From Escherichia phage GoldenSnicker, in the sequence record OR896832.1: a stretch of 64,000 bases of DNA. One strand, written 5' to 3'. Below are positions 8,302-16,168 of the stretch, one piece after another. Position numbers and translations under genes: made by a program. The notes beneath the pieces were generated by a model that searched no databases, was not told the DNA's origin, and saw only the letters and a list, made by a program, of their open reading frames with translations. Position 1 is the first letter of the stretch; each line of letters begins with the position of its first letter.

Positions 8302-8622
8302 TTATTTATAAATTTCGACGATCTGCGCTGGAGTCAGCCCGTCTACATTAATCAGACTATCAAGCCCAAAACTACGGAAACCTTCAACTGCAATTTCATA
8401 TACTGGCAAAGATGTTTCTGATTCTTTACGCGGTTTTTCAACATTAGGAACTAACCACTTTTCGTATGTTTCGAAAGGCATCAGTGCCGGATCTCGCGTG
8501 GCGATCATCTCACGGACAGCACCATCTTTCTTAGTAAACTGCAAAGAGTGAGTACCGACCGAAAACATTTTCTTTAGTGCTTCACGAAGTGCGATATTAT
8601 CAACTTGTTCAGTCATTATCAA
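8302..8622 (-). CDS. hypothetical protein
   Basis: 106-aa ORF between gp31 and cd. Confidence 0.4.
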   Translation of the reverse strand: MIMTEQVDNIALREALKKMFSVGTHSLQFTKKDGAVREMIATRDPALMPFETYEKWLVPNVEKPRKESETSLPVYEIAVEGFRSFGLDSLINVDGLTPAQIVEIYK

Positions 8623-9115
8623 TACCCTTCAAATCAGTCAATAATGCTTTTGGAATACGCGTGATTGTAATATCTGCATTATTCAGAATATCAGCCCAAT
8701 CACGCCCACCATTTCGATCATATGTGTCGCAATAGTATAGATGTTTAATACCACTGTTTGCAATTGCTTTAGCGCAATCTGGACACGGTGAAGCAGTACA
8801 CCACATACTAGCGCCTTCAATCGATACACCGCTACGGGCAGCAAACAAAATAGCATTTAATTCAGCATGGATCTCGTTTTTCTGTGACCATGCACTATGC
8901 TCTGGTCGTTTTTCTGGGATCATTTTGCCGTCATCATCCAGCCAACCGTTTTTATGTGCATGACAGCTACAATTTACTTGCCCTGCTGGAGTTCCGTTAA
9001 ATCCAGTAGAAATGATTCGCCCGTCTTTTTCGATCAGTGCGCCTACCTTCCACGAAACACATTTAGAGTTCTTTGCGATCAGATAGGCGATCTGCATGTA
9101 AGTTTGTGACAACAT
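8609..9115 (-). CDS. cd: dCMP deaminase
   Basis: HAELNAI and PCPDCA zinc-binding deaminase motifs; 168 aa. Confidence 0.85.
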   Translation of the reverse strand: MLSQTYMQIAYLIAKNSKCVSWKVGALIEKDGRIISTGFNGTPAGQVNCSCHAHKNGWLDDDGKMIPEKRPEHSAWSQKNEIHAELNAILFAARSGVSIEGASMWCTASPCPDCAKAIANSGIKHLYYCDTYDRNGGRDWADILNNADITITRIPKALLTDLKGIDND

Positions 9116-9136
9116 AATATAATCCTCACATAGTAA

Positions 9137-9340
9137 TTAACCGTATACGCGAAAGTATTCTACTGATCCGTCGCTATACTGTTTTACATTGAATGTATTC
9201 ACACCATGATTATTTCTCATGATGACATATACACTGCGACGTTCATCGCTAAACGGCATAACTGGCGCTGGTTCAATATCAACACTAAAACCACGTTTAG
9301 CAAGTGCTTCGCCTAATTGCTTGAGTTTATCGGTAAACAT
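9137..9340 (-). CDS. hypothetical small protein
   Basis: 67-aa ORF. Confidence 0.4.
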   Translation of the reverse strand: MFTDKLKQLGEALAKRGFSVDIEPAPVMPFSDERRSVYVIMRNNHGVNTFNVKQYSDGSVEYFRVYG

Positions 9341-10218
9341 TAAAAGTCTCCGTAGTTAACCTGAAAACATTCTACACCAATTGAGCGGTACATGTCAACC
9401 ACTTGATCACGGTCATCTACTGCCAAAACAACATGATAACGCGGTGCAATTTCAGAGAAGAAAATCTCTTTCTTTACTTCATGATCGGGACGACGATCAT
9501 TAGTTTCACGTTGAAAGTGATCACTAGGTTCAATACCCTGTTCACGCAGCCATTGCAGAGTATCTTCTTCGCAAACATCCTCACGCCCTGAGCATGTAAT
9601 GATACGATAGCCATTATCACGATACAGTTTAAGCATTTCGATCACTTGCGGACGAGGTTTATCTTCTTTGACCTTTGTCCAGTCAAACGGATGACGACCG
9701 CCCTTATCCGCTAATGTCCCATCAATATCAAAGATCACTGCCTTTGGCAGCATGGTATTCGGTTTGTATACTTCTTGACCCATATATTCCTGCATCAGAT
9801 AAAATTGGTTGCGCAAATGAGAAAGTGGAATTGCTTTCTCGCCGCGATAGAAATTACGTTTCTTTAGTGTCTCAAATGATTCATTGAACACTTGTTCAGT
9901 ATACACCGCGTTAAATTCTTTTGCAAGTTCTTTGTAGAATACACGATGTTTTTCTTTCAGGTTGGTATCAGAGATAATGATACTCAATCCGCGTGATAGA
10001 GTCTCACGAGCAATCATTCTCTGAATAGACTCTACCAGCTTTTCTTTTTCCTTAGTATACTTGTATTTCAAATGCGAGTCAACACCAAACAACATAAGAC
10101 GAAGATCATCACGATTCACATTACGATAATTGCTAAACCGTTTACATGTTTCCATCGCCCATGTAGTTTTACCAGACCCAGAACAACCAACGGTTAAAAT
10201 CACTTCACATTTCGGCAT
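9340..10218 (-). CDS. pseT: polynucleotide 5'-kinase/3'-phosphatase
   Basis: P-loop GCSGSGKTTWA, HAD motif FDIDGTLA, C-terminal VECFQV...GDF as in T4 PseT; start at ATG overlapping the o-spanin stop (TAATG). Confidence 0.85.
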   Translation of the reverse strand: MPKCEVILTVGCSGSGKTTWAMETCKRFSNYRNVNRDDLRLMLFGVDSHLKYKYTKEKEKLVESIQRMIARETLSRGLSIIISDTNLKEKHRVFYKELAKEFNAVYTEQVFNESFETLKKRNFYRGEKAIPLSHLRNQFYLMQEYMGQEVYKPNTMLPKAVIFDIDGTLADKGGRHPFDWTKVKEDKPRPQVIEMLKLYRDNGYRIITCSGREDVCEEDTLQWLREQGIEPSDHFQRETNDRRPDHEVKKEIFFSEIAPRYHVVLAVDDRDQVVDMYRSIGVECFQVNYGDF

Positions 10219-10550
10219 TATTTCTCCTTCGGTTTGCACCGTTCCTCATTAAGTTCTTTTCGATAATAACACATGATCAACTTACTTTCAAGTGTATATC
10301 TCTTAATATCCGCAAGCCAGACTCTGAATTTTTGGGAGTCCTCCCACGACATAGAAACTCTAGGTTTACCGTCTATTGTATCCACTTTCAGGTCAATGTC
10401 AACTTTTTCTATTGGTGCTGGTAGTGGAGGATGTAATTTCGGTTCCTGTGAATAATGGTCCATTGTACACGAAGAAAGCGCAAATACAATAGGCAAAGCG
10501 AAGACATGGATTATGGAGGTGTGAAAATTCTTATGTGCTTTCTTAAACAT
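10218..10550 (-). CDS. o-spanin (outer-membrane lipoprotein lysis protein)
   Basis: signal peptide with lipobox LSSC, Pro-rich mature region; adjacent to the i-spanin and pseT as for T4 pseT.2. Confidence 0.55.
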   Translation of the reverse strand: MFKKAHKNFHTSIIHVFALPIVFALSSCTMDHYSQEPKLHPPLPAPIEKVDIDLKVDTIDGKPRVSMSWEDSQKFRVWLADIKRYTLESKLIMCYYRKELNEERCKPKEK

Positions 10551-10666
10551 CCAGTGTATCACGAAAATTGAAAACACCATCAGGATAATAATGCTTGCAC
10601 CTATCCACAGATAATCAACCAGATTAAAATTGCTTATCTGCTCTTGTGTAGGCAATATTTCTATGC

Positions 10667-10990
10667 TCATTTAGTAGCCTCCTTTAATTCTTCGGTAAAC
10701 TCCTTAAATGAGTCATTAAGCTGTTTCTCTACCAACTTGGGTTTTTGTGCTACTACATAGCCTCGTGTAGCGTCTTTCATTGCTTTGTTTTGTTCTTCTG
10801 CAAACTTAGTTCTTATTCCGTACATCTCCTTTTGTAGTGAGTCTACGACCTTCATCTTTTCATCGGTCTTTTTCTTATACTCTGTAAATTCCCGATTCAG
10901 TCGATCTACCTCCTTTTTATTTTCCCACCACATATTGCCACCTACCCCTAGCAACACAGAGATGATAACAATGTATATCAGCTTTGACAT
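10667..10990 (-). CDS. i-spanin (Rz-like)
   Basis: N-terminal TM helix, coiled-coil-like charged remainder; GGGGGG SD before ATG; listed ORF start at 11008 is a TTG. Confidence 0.55.
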   Translation of the reverse strand: MSKLIYIVIISVLLGVGGNMWWENKKEVDRLNREFTEYKKKTDEKMKVVDSLQKEMYGIRTKFAEEQNKAMKDATRGYVVAQKPKLVEKQLNDSFKEFTEELKEATK

Positions 10991-11011
10991 ATTACCCCCC
11001 AACGACAAAAG

Positions 11012-11035
11012 GCGGGGAACTAGCCCCGCTTATTA
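11012..11035 (-). terminator. rho-independent terminator
   Basis: hairpin gcgggg-aactag-ccccgc plus U-run on minus strand, downstream of rnlA. Confidence 0.55.
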
Positions 11036-12205
11036 TTACCAATCAATCTTATCAGCCGGAATCAGTTTCTTATAATTCCGTAGATAGTAAGTTTTCATTG
11101 AATCCAGAATACGGTCATAATCAAGACCATCAAATGCAATCATCAGACACATGAAAATATATGCTTGTGCATCACCATGTTTACGTGATTCGATAGTCGC
11201 ATTTGATGCATATGTCTTTCTGTCTTCTCCCGCGTGTGCGTTATAAAATTCTGTTGCTGTCGTGAAGGCATTGCGAAGAATAGACCTGAATGCTTCCTCG
11301 AATAGCTCGATTCGTTCCAGTGCTTCCGGTTCGCCTTCATATGCAGCACGCAAATCATCGGTTTCGCTTTCTACGACATAGTAGATCAGGTTATTAGGAA
11401 ACATCGATGTGTTTTTAATGTTATGCACACCAATATACCATTCACTCTTCACCTTGAACATTTGACCGTCTTTAGTGCGTGCAACAATTCCTTCGATACC
11501 TTCTGCGATCCGAACTTCATCAAGAATATTGCTAAAACGCGCTGAATCAACCTGTAACGCATTTACCAGATGAGGACGTAGGATTGCGTCAGAAAATAGC
11601 ATTTGATGCGGTACGTACTCTCCTGTGACGTTATGGCGTACATTCAGAAGTGTTAGCGACGGTTCAGAATATTCTACAACAATTCGGTTGCTGGGCGCTG
11701 TATATTCAAAGTTGAAAGTATAATCAGACCCAATATCAGCAATCTTAGCGCGTAGATCCGCATACTTCTCTGAATACAGAAGACCGTTTGCTCTCTCTGC
11801 CTGGCTTGAGTACAAGGCCGCTTTAGACTTCAACTGAACATAGCCATTATCAATGTATGTGCTTACTAGACTACCGTCCATTTTGTCCATGACCATTTCC
11901 ACATCTTCCGGCTTAAAGCGAGCGCGATCATTCTCGCCTAAATTAAAAAACTTCTCCATAGGACGAGATGCAATGCGGACCGGACGACCTTTATCGTCAA
12001 TTTCAAACATGATCCCGCGACACTCTAACGCATCTGGTTTATTCCACATTTCCGGTTTGCTCAAGTACAGATAACTAAAAATGCGCATACGGGTTTGCAT
12101 CGCCGTAATTTCATCTTTGTAATAGAACGTATCAGATCCGTCACATAGTGCCATCAGATTTTTGAACAATGCTAAAACTTTTTTGTTGTTTTCTTTTGTT
12201 GACAT
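11036..12205 (-). CDS. rnlA: RNA ligase 1
   Basis: PDALECRGIMFE, ASRPMEKFFNLGEN, KMDGSLVSTY (active-site Lys), KDRKTYA as in T4 Rnl1 (gene 63). Confidence 0.85.
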   Translation of the reverse strand: MSTKENNKKVLALFKNLMALCDGSDTFYYKDEITAMQTRMRIFSYLYLSKPEMWNKPDALECRGIMFEIDDKGRPVRIASRPMEKFFNLGENDRARFKPEDVEMVMDKMDGSLVSTYIDNGYVQLKSKAALYSSQAERANGLLYSEKYADLRAKIADIGSDYTFNFEYTAPSNRIVVEYSEPSLTLLNVRHNVTGEYVPHQMLFSDAILRPHLVNALQVDSARFSNILDEVRIAEGIEGIVARTKDGQMFKVKSEWYIGVHNIKNTSMFPNNLIYYVVESETDDLRAAYEGEPEALERIELFEEAFRSILRNAFTTATEFYNAHAGEDRKTYASNATIESRKHGDAQAYIFMCLMIAFDGLDYDRILDSMKTYYLRNYKKLIPADKIDW

Positions 12206-12602
12206 AATTTGTGTTCCATTCTGGTTTAAATTTGGTGATCAAAACAGGTTCTTCGATATCGGCAGTGCTTATAATATCTTTACCCGTTGGATTCTCGATG
12301 TACAACTCAAAACACTGGCGGTAATAGAATGTTACTGTCTTACCTTCCTCTAGCGCCTTATGAATATTCTTACTCTTGCGAGTATCCGCTGTTGGTGTTT
12401 GTCTGTTAATGCTAGTCCGGTAATAATTGATCCGCTTTCTGAGATTAACAGTCTGACCAATGTATACCAGTTCATCATCAACCACAATAGCGTAAAGAAC
12501 ATTTAAACGGTTTTTCTGAGGCGGTAGAATCACATCACCATCTTTACACTCTAAACATGAATATTTAACGAATCCATAGTTTTCTATTAGCTCATTAATC
12601 AT
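12141..12602 (-). CDS. denA: GIY-YIG nuclease, endonuclease II-like
   Basis: VLYAI...VYIGQT...RKRINYYR GIY-YIG core; sits between rnlA and nrdB like T4 denA; could instead be a Seg-type homing enzyme. Confidence 0.55.
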   Translation of the reverse strand: MINELIENYGFVKYSCLECKDGDVILPPQKNRLNVLYAIVVDDELVYIGQTVNLRKRINYYRTSINRQTPTADTRKSKNIHKALEEGKTVTFYYRQCFELYIENPTGKDIISTADIEEPVLITKFKPEWNTNYVNKRKQQKSFSIVQKSDGTM

Positions 12603-12626
12603 TATCCTTTCCTCACGTCACAACAA

Positions 12627-12650
12627 AGGCGGGATTTCTCCCGCCCACCT
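12627..12650 (-). terminator. rho-independent terminator
   Basis: hairpin ggcggga-tttc-tcccgcc plus U-run on minus strand. Confidence 0.5.
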
Positions 12651-12652
12651 TA

Positions 12653-13051
12653 TTAACTTTCCAGAATATCGCGAGCTTCGTTACGCTCCTTGATGATTTT
12701 CAGGACAAATTCCAGTTTTTCTTTGTTCAGCGTTCCATTTTCCATTGCTTCTTTGACGGTAAACACTCCGCCACCTTGCCCGTATACAGTGACAGTGATT
12801 TCACCTAACATCGTGGTATGAAAACCGCCAATTTTCGGTGATTCGAAAGAAACAATTACCTCGCGAACAGTATTACCGTCGTTGATTTCTGAGAGGGTAA
12901 TGTCGTTTTTGTAGGCGGTTGCTTTAACCATACGGATCAGCATAGTCTGATCTGGGGAGATGGTCATTTTGTCCATTGCATGTTGCAATGCAGCGTAACC
13001 GAAAACTTTAACGAAGTCCAGAACATCTTTGCGAGTTTGAAATTTAATCAT
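12653..13051 (-). CDS. hypothetical protein
   Basis: 132-aa ORF. Confidence 0.45.
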   Translation of the reverse strand: MIKFQTRKDVLDFVKVFGYAALQHAMDKMTISPDQTMLIRMVKATAYKNDITLSEINDGNTVREVIVSFESPKIGGFHTTMLGEITVTVYGQGGGVFTVKEAMENGTLNKEKLEFVLKIIKERNEARDILES

Positions 13052-13084
13052 CTTGATACTCCTTAGTTGTTTTGGTATGGGAGT

Positions 13085-13114
13085 ATCTTACTACTCCCGT
13101 GATATGCTGTCAAC
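13085..13114 (-). promoter_or_regulatory. early promoter cassette
   Basis: TTGACA (13114..13109) and TAAGAT with gggagta/tactccc inverted repeat. Confidence 0.45.
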
Positions 13115-13310
13115 TGCTTTTTTATGCAACCGCAAACATCAACATTTGAACATTCTTGGCTGTCTGGCTTTCAAAGTTCTGACATTCTTTGATAATGTCC
13201 TCTACTTTCTCGCCGGAGATCTCCGCGTAAGTTTCGATTGCCATTTTCAGTACCGCGTCAAAGTTGTTCATTTGATTCTCCTTAAAGTGTATTTCGTTTC
13301 GATGGGGGTA

Positions 13311-13339
13311 TATTACTACCCCCGTTTCATGCTGTCAAC
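13311..13339 (-). promoter_or_regulatory. early promoter cassette
   Basis: TTGACA (13339..13334), 17 bp, TAATAT; inverted repeat gggggta/tacccc(c). Confidence 0.5.
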
Positions 13340-13557
13340 TACTTTTTAATGACAAGTTCGAATTTTGCTACCTTGCGTCCTCGTTTATTGAAAGCAACCC
13401 ACGGACGGTTTTCAATGTAGAACAATTCTTCACCAATAATGAATACTGGCTGATTGTAAAGGCAACCCATCAGGTCACGCTGGCGAATGGTAGTAGATTC
13501 GTATACTTCGCCTACTACAAAGTGTTTGCTGATAGAGTCGGTGCAAGTAAATTTCAT
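13339..13557 (-). CDS. hypothetical small protein (internal start)
   Basis: listed ORF reads through a promoter; Met at MKFTCTD is the likely start. Confidence 0.4.
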   Translation of the reverse strand: MKFTCTDSISKHFVVGEVYESTTIRQRDLMGCLYNQPVFIIGEELFYIENRPWVAFNKRGRKVAKFELVIKK

Positions 13558-13624
13558 TTTGATTCTCCTTTGTTTTCTTGATGGGAGTATCTTACTACCC
13601 CCGTTATTCAGTGTCAACTACTTT

Positions 13625-13843
13625 TTACTTGTTGTATTCATTCCACCACTGGGTGAGCTTATCAATTATTTTTGTGTTTCTATCCAACTTCTCCCACCGT
13701 TTTCTAGGGTTTATCAACCGGAATAGGTAAGGTGTACTTGTTAAGTGAACTCGGTCAATGTAGTGATTGATGTACTGCTTTTCGATTCTAAGTTTCATCT
13801 TTTTACGATGAAAATATGCAATGACTTGTTCTTCTGTTTCCAT
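13625..13843 (-). CDS. hypothetical small protein
   Basis: 72-aa basic ORF with promoter 13868-13896 upstream. Confidence 0.4.
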   Translation of the reverse strand: METEEQVIAYFHRKKMKLRIEKQYINHYIDRVHLTSTPYLFRLINPRKRWEKLDRNTKIIDKLTQWWNEYNK

Positions 13844-13867
13844 ATGTTCCTCCGTTTCGATGGGTGC

Positions 13868-13896
13868 ATTATGCTATACCCCGATCCGATTGTCAA
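13868..13896 (-). promoter_or_regulatory. sigma70-type early promoter
   Basis: TTGACA (13896..13891), 17 bp, CATAAT (13873..13868). Confidence 0.55.
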
Positions 13897-13902
13897 CACC
13901 CA

Positions 13903-13928
13903 ATAACAAAAAAGTCGCCACTATGGGC
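13903..13928 (-). terminator. rho-independent terminator
   Basis: hairpin gtcgcc-catagt-ggcgac plus U-run on minus strand. Confidence 0.55.
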
Positions 13929-13943
13929 GACTTTGAACAAACA

Positions 13944-14420
13944 TTAATCATGACCGTGATTTGCAATATCCGCTCGCGTCTTATCTTTGTGATTTCCTAC
14001 GTCAAAGACACGATAACCATTTTCACGCAAAACTTTAATCACTTCTGGGTTATCCTCAAAGACTCCGACAACTTCATCTTTATCAAAGGATTTAATTACC
14101 TCTAATTTTATGTGATAGTCTTTACGGGAATCGGTACGGCCTCTCATAAAGATTTTATCAAAACACACCCCGTTAGAAATTAACCAATCAATTGTTTCCA
14201 TGTAAGCATGTGAACTTCGTCCGGTGAGGATGTAAATCAAATGCCCGTTGTCGGAAAGAGCATTAATAACACGAATTACATCGTAAATGGGGGAATCACC
14301 CCCACATGCCTTGTTATATTCGATCCATGACTCGACTTTATCAAGATTTTCAGTTGGCATCTTTGCTAGTCGATGCGTTGGATCTGTGATCGTAAAATCT
14401 AAATCGACAAAATATATCAT
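13944..14420 (-). CDS. HAD-family phosphatase (PseT phosphatase-domain-like)
   Basis: N-terminal DLDFTIT (DxDxT), TGR, K and DN motifs of HAD fold; 158 aa. Confidence 0.6.
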   Translation of the reverse strand: MIYFVDLDFTITDPTHRLAKMPTENLDKVESWIEYNKACGGDSPIYDVIRVINALSDNGHLIYILTGRSSHAYMETIDWLISNGVCFDKIFMRGRTDSRKDYHIKLEVIKSFDKDEVVGVFEDNPEVIKVLRENGYRVFDVGNHKDKTRADIANHGHD

Positions 14421-15577
14421 AGATATTTCCCGAATCGGTTGTAGTCATCGTCTGTTAAATCGGTATTAACCTGAGATACCAGATACATAATCTCTACTTC
14501 TTGCGCCGCGTTTTGAACTTCGTCAGAGTTCAACCATTTACGCATCCACGGTAACGGATGACGACGAACACTAAACGGGCTTTTCAGTCCGGCAGCGCGC
14601 ATACGGGAATCTGCCAGGTATTCTACATAGGTTTTCAGAATTTCCGGTGACAGGTTAGGAATTGCCCCCATTGCGAATAGGTGGTCTACCCATTCTTTTT
14701 CTTGCTCGACAACATCCAGAAAGATTTTCGTTGCTTCGCCTTCAAGTTCTTCCGCAATCTGTTTCCACTCATCACCATCAACCCCCGTTTGCCATTGACG
14801 AATAATGTATTGTGTTCCTTTTAAGTGAAGTTGTTCATCACGCGCAATAAATTTCATGATCTTCGCGTTACCTTCCAGTAAACCACGTTCGGCAAAGCTG
14901 AAAGTACATGCAAAGGACACATAAAAACGGATTGCTTCCAGTGCATTTACGCAGTGTGCACACAGATAAATCGAAGCCATCAGATCTCGTTTTGTATCTT
15001 CAAAAAATCTTCTTGCATCATCTAATGCTGTCTGGTCGTCTCGTTCTTCCCAATAGCGGAGATCTTCTTTTGCATTCTCATACTTACGAATCCAATAAAG
15101 AACATCATCATAATATTTCCCGATAGATTCCGCTCGCTTCATGATAGCAGGGTTATCGATGATCTGGTCGAACTCACTAGCCGGATCAATGAAACAGTTA
15201 CGCATAATGTGTGTATAGCTTCGGCTATGAATTGTTTCGCTGAATGTCCATGTTTGCAACCATGTATCGAGAGTTGGATCAGATACAATTGGACCAAATG
15301 CTGCGGACGGTGCGCGACCTTGAATAGAATCAAGTAATGTCTGATACTTCAAGTTTTCAGTAAAGAAACGCTTTTCAACGTCACCCATATTAAGATATTG
15401 AATACGGTCGGTTGCAAGTGAAATTTCTTCGGGTCGCCAAAAAAATGACAATTGCTTTTCGATCAGTTCTTCAAATACTTGATGACGCTGAATATCATAG
15501 CGAGCGATACCCAACCCACTACCCAGAAACATTGGTTCGTTCATAATATCAACATGTTCGCGGTTAAATACGCTCAT
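14417..15577 (-). CDS. nrdB: ribonucleotide reductase small subunit
   Basis: 386-aa uninterrupted ORF with class Ia R2 features, position and size as T4 NrdB. Confidence 0.85.
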   Translation of the reverse strand: MSVFNREHVDIMNEPMFLGSGLGIARYDIQRHQVFEELIEKQLSFFWRPEEISLATDRIQYLNMGDVEKRFFTENLKYQTLLDSIQGRAPSAAFGPIVSDPTLDTWLQTWTFSETIHSRSYTHIMRNCFIDPASEFDQIIDNPAIMKRAESIGKYYDDVLYWIRKYENAKEDLRYWEERDDQTALDDARRFFEDTKRDLMASIYLCAHCVNALEAIRFYVSFACTFSFAERGLLEGNAKIMKFIARDEQLHLKGTQYIIRQWQTGVDGDEWKQIAEELEGEATKIFLDVVEQEKEWVDHLFAMGAIPNLSPEILKTYVEYLADSRMRAAGLKSPFSVRRHPLPWMRKWLNSDEVQNAAQEVEIMYLVSQVNTDLTDDDYNRFGKYL

Positions 15578-15592
15578 TAATTCACCTCACTA

Positions 15593-15760
15593 TCACTTTT
15601 TAACACAAAAGAACTTAGTATTTCTGTTTATTTCGCTATCCTGCTGCAATTCCTGCACAGCTTCAAAACAATTTTGATATGATGAAAACTCTACGCTGGT
15701 AACAGTTCCTTTATTATATACGCCTACGCTAACGGAAAGCAATAACCATAATGTAGCCAT
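15593..15760 (-). CDS. small hypothetical protein, nrdA-nrdB intergenic paralog 1
   Basis: 55 aa, translated codon by codon: MATLWLLLSVSVGVYNKG...FFCVKK; start overlaps upstream stop (TAATG). Confidence 0.45.
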   Translation of the reverse strand: MATLWLLLSVSVGVYNKGTVTSVEFSSYQNCFEAVQELQQDSEINRNTKFFCVKK

Positions 15761-15933
15761 TAGTTCACCTTTTGTTTTTCAACGCAATATAGATTCATAA
15801 AGCGTTTATTGTCTTCGCGGATAATCTCGCGAACTTTAACGCAATCCTGCTTTGTTGCAAACTCAATGCTTGACATATTTCCGTAATTATACATTGAATT
15901 GCTGATTGCAATCAATAACCATACAGTAGCCAT
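15760..15933 (-). CDS. small hypothetical protein, nrdA-nrdB intergenic paralog 2
   Basis: 57 aa: MATVWLLIAISNSMYNYG...LYCVEKQKVN; TAATG coupling at both ends. Confidence 0.45.
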   Translation of the reverse strand: MATVWLLIAISNSMYNYGNMSSIEFATKQDCVKVREIIREDNKRFMNLYCVEKQKVN

Positions 15934-16100
15934 TATCCTACAACCTCAAAACATTTATCATCAGGAAGAATCGCCCATTCTACACCGTATTCATCCTCGA
16001 CGTAGTAGCAAGTCCCATCATGTCGAGCATCATATTCATCACCAACAACAAAGCTATCAGCTAGCTCAAAATCTACAGCAACACATTTTAATTTGGTCAT
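15933..16100 (-). CDS. small hypothetical acidic protein
   Basis: 55 aa from internal ATG after GAGGA SD; listed ORF start reads through the promoter. Confidence 0.4.
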   Translation of the reverse strand: MTKLKCVAVDFELADSFVVGDEYDARHDGTCYYVEDEYGVEWAILPDDKCFEVVG

Positions 16101-16131
16101 AATAAAATCCTCACTTGTTTTTGATGGTTGT

Positions 16132-16160
16132 ATTATAGCGGGGATTTCTCCCCGCGTCAA
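16132..16160 (-). promoter_or_regulatory. sigma70-type early promoter
   Basis: TTGACG (16160..16155), 17 bp, TATAAT (16137..16132); inverted repeat ggggagaaatcccc nearby. Confidence 0.5.
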
Positions 16161-16168
16161 CACTTATT

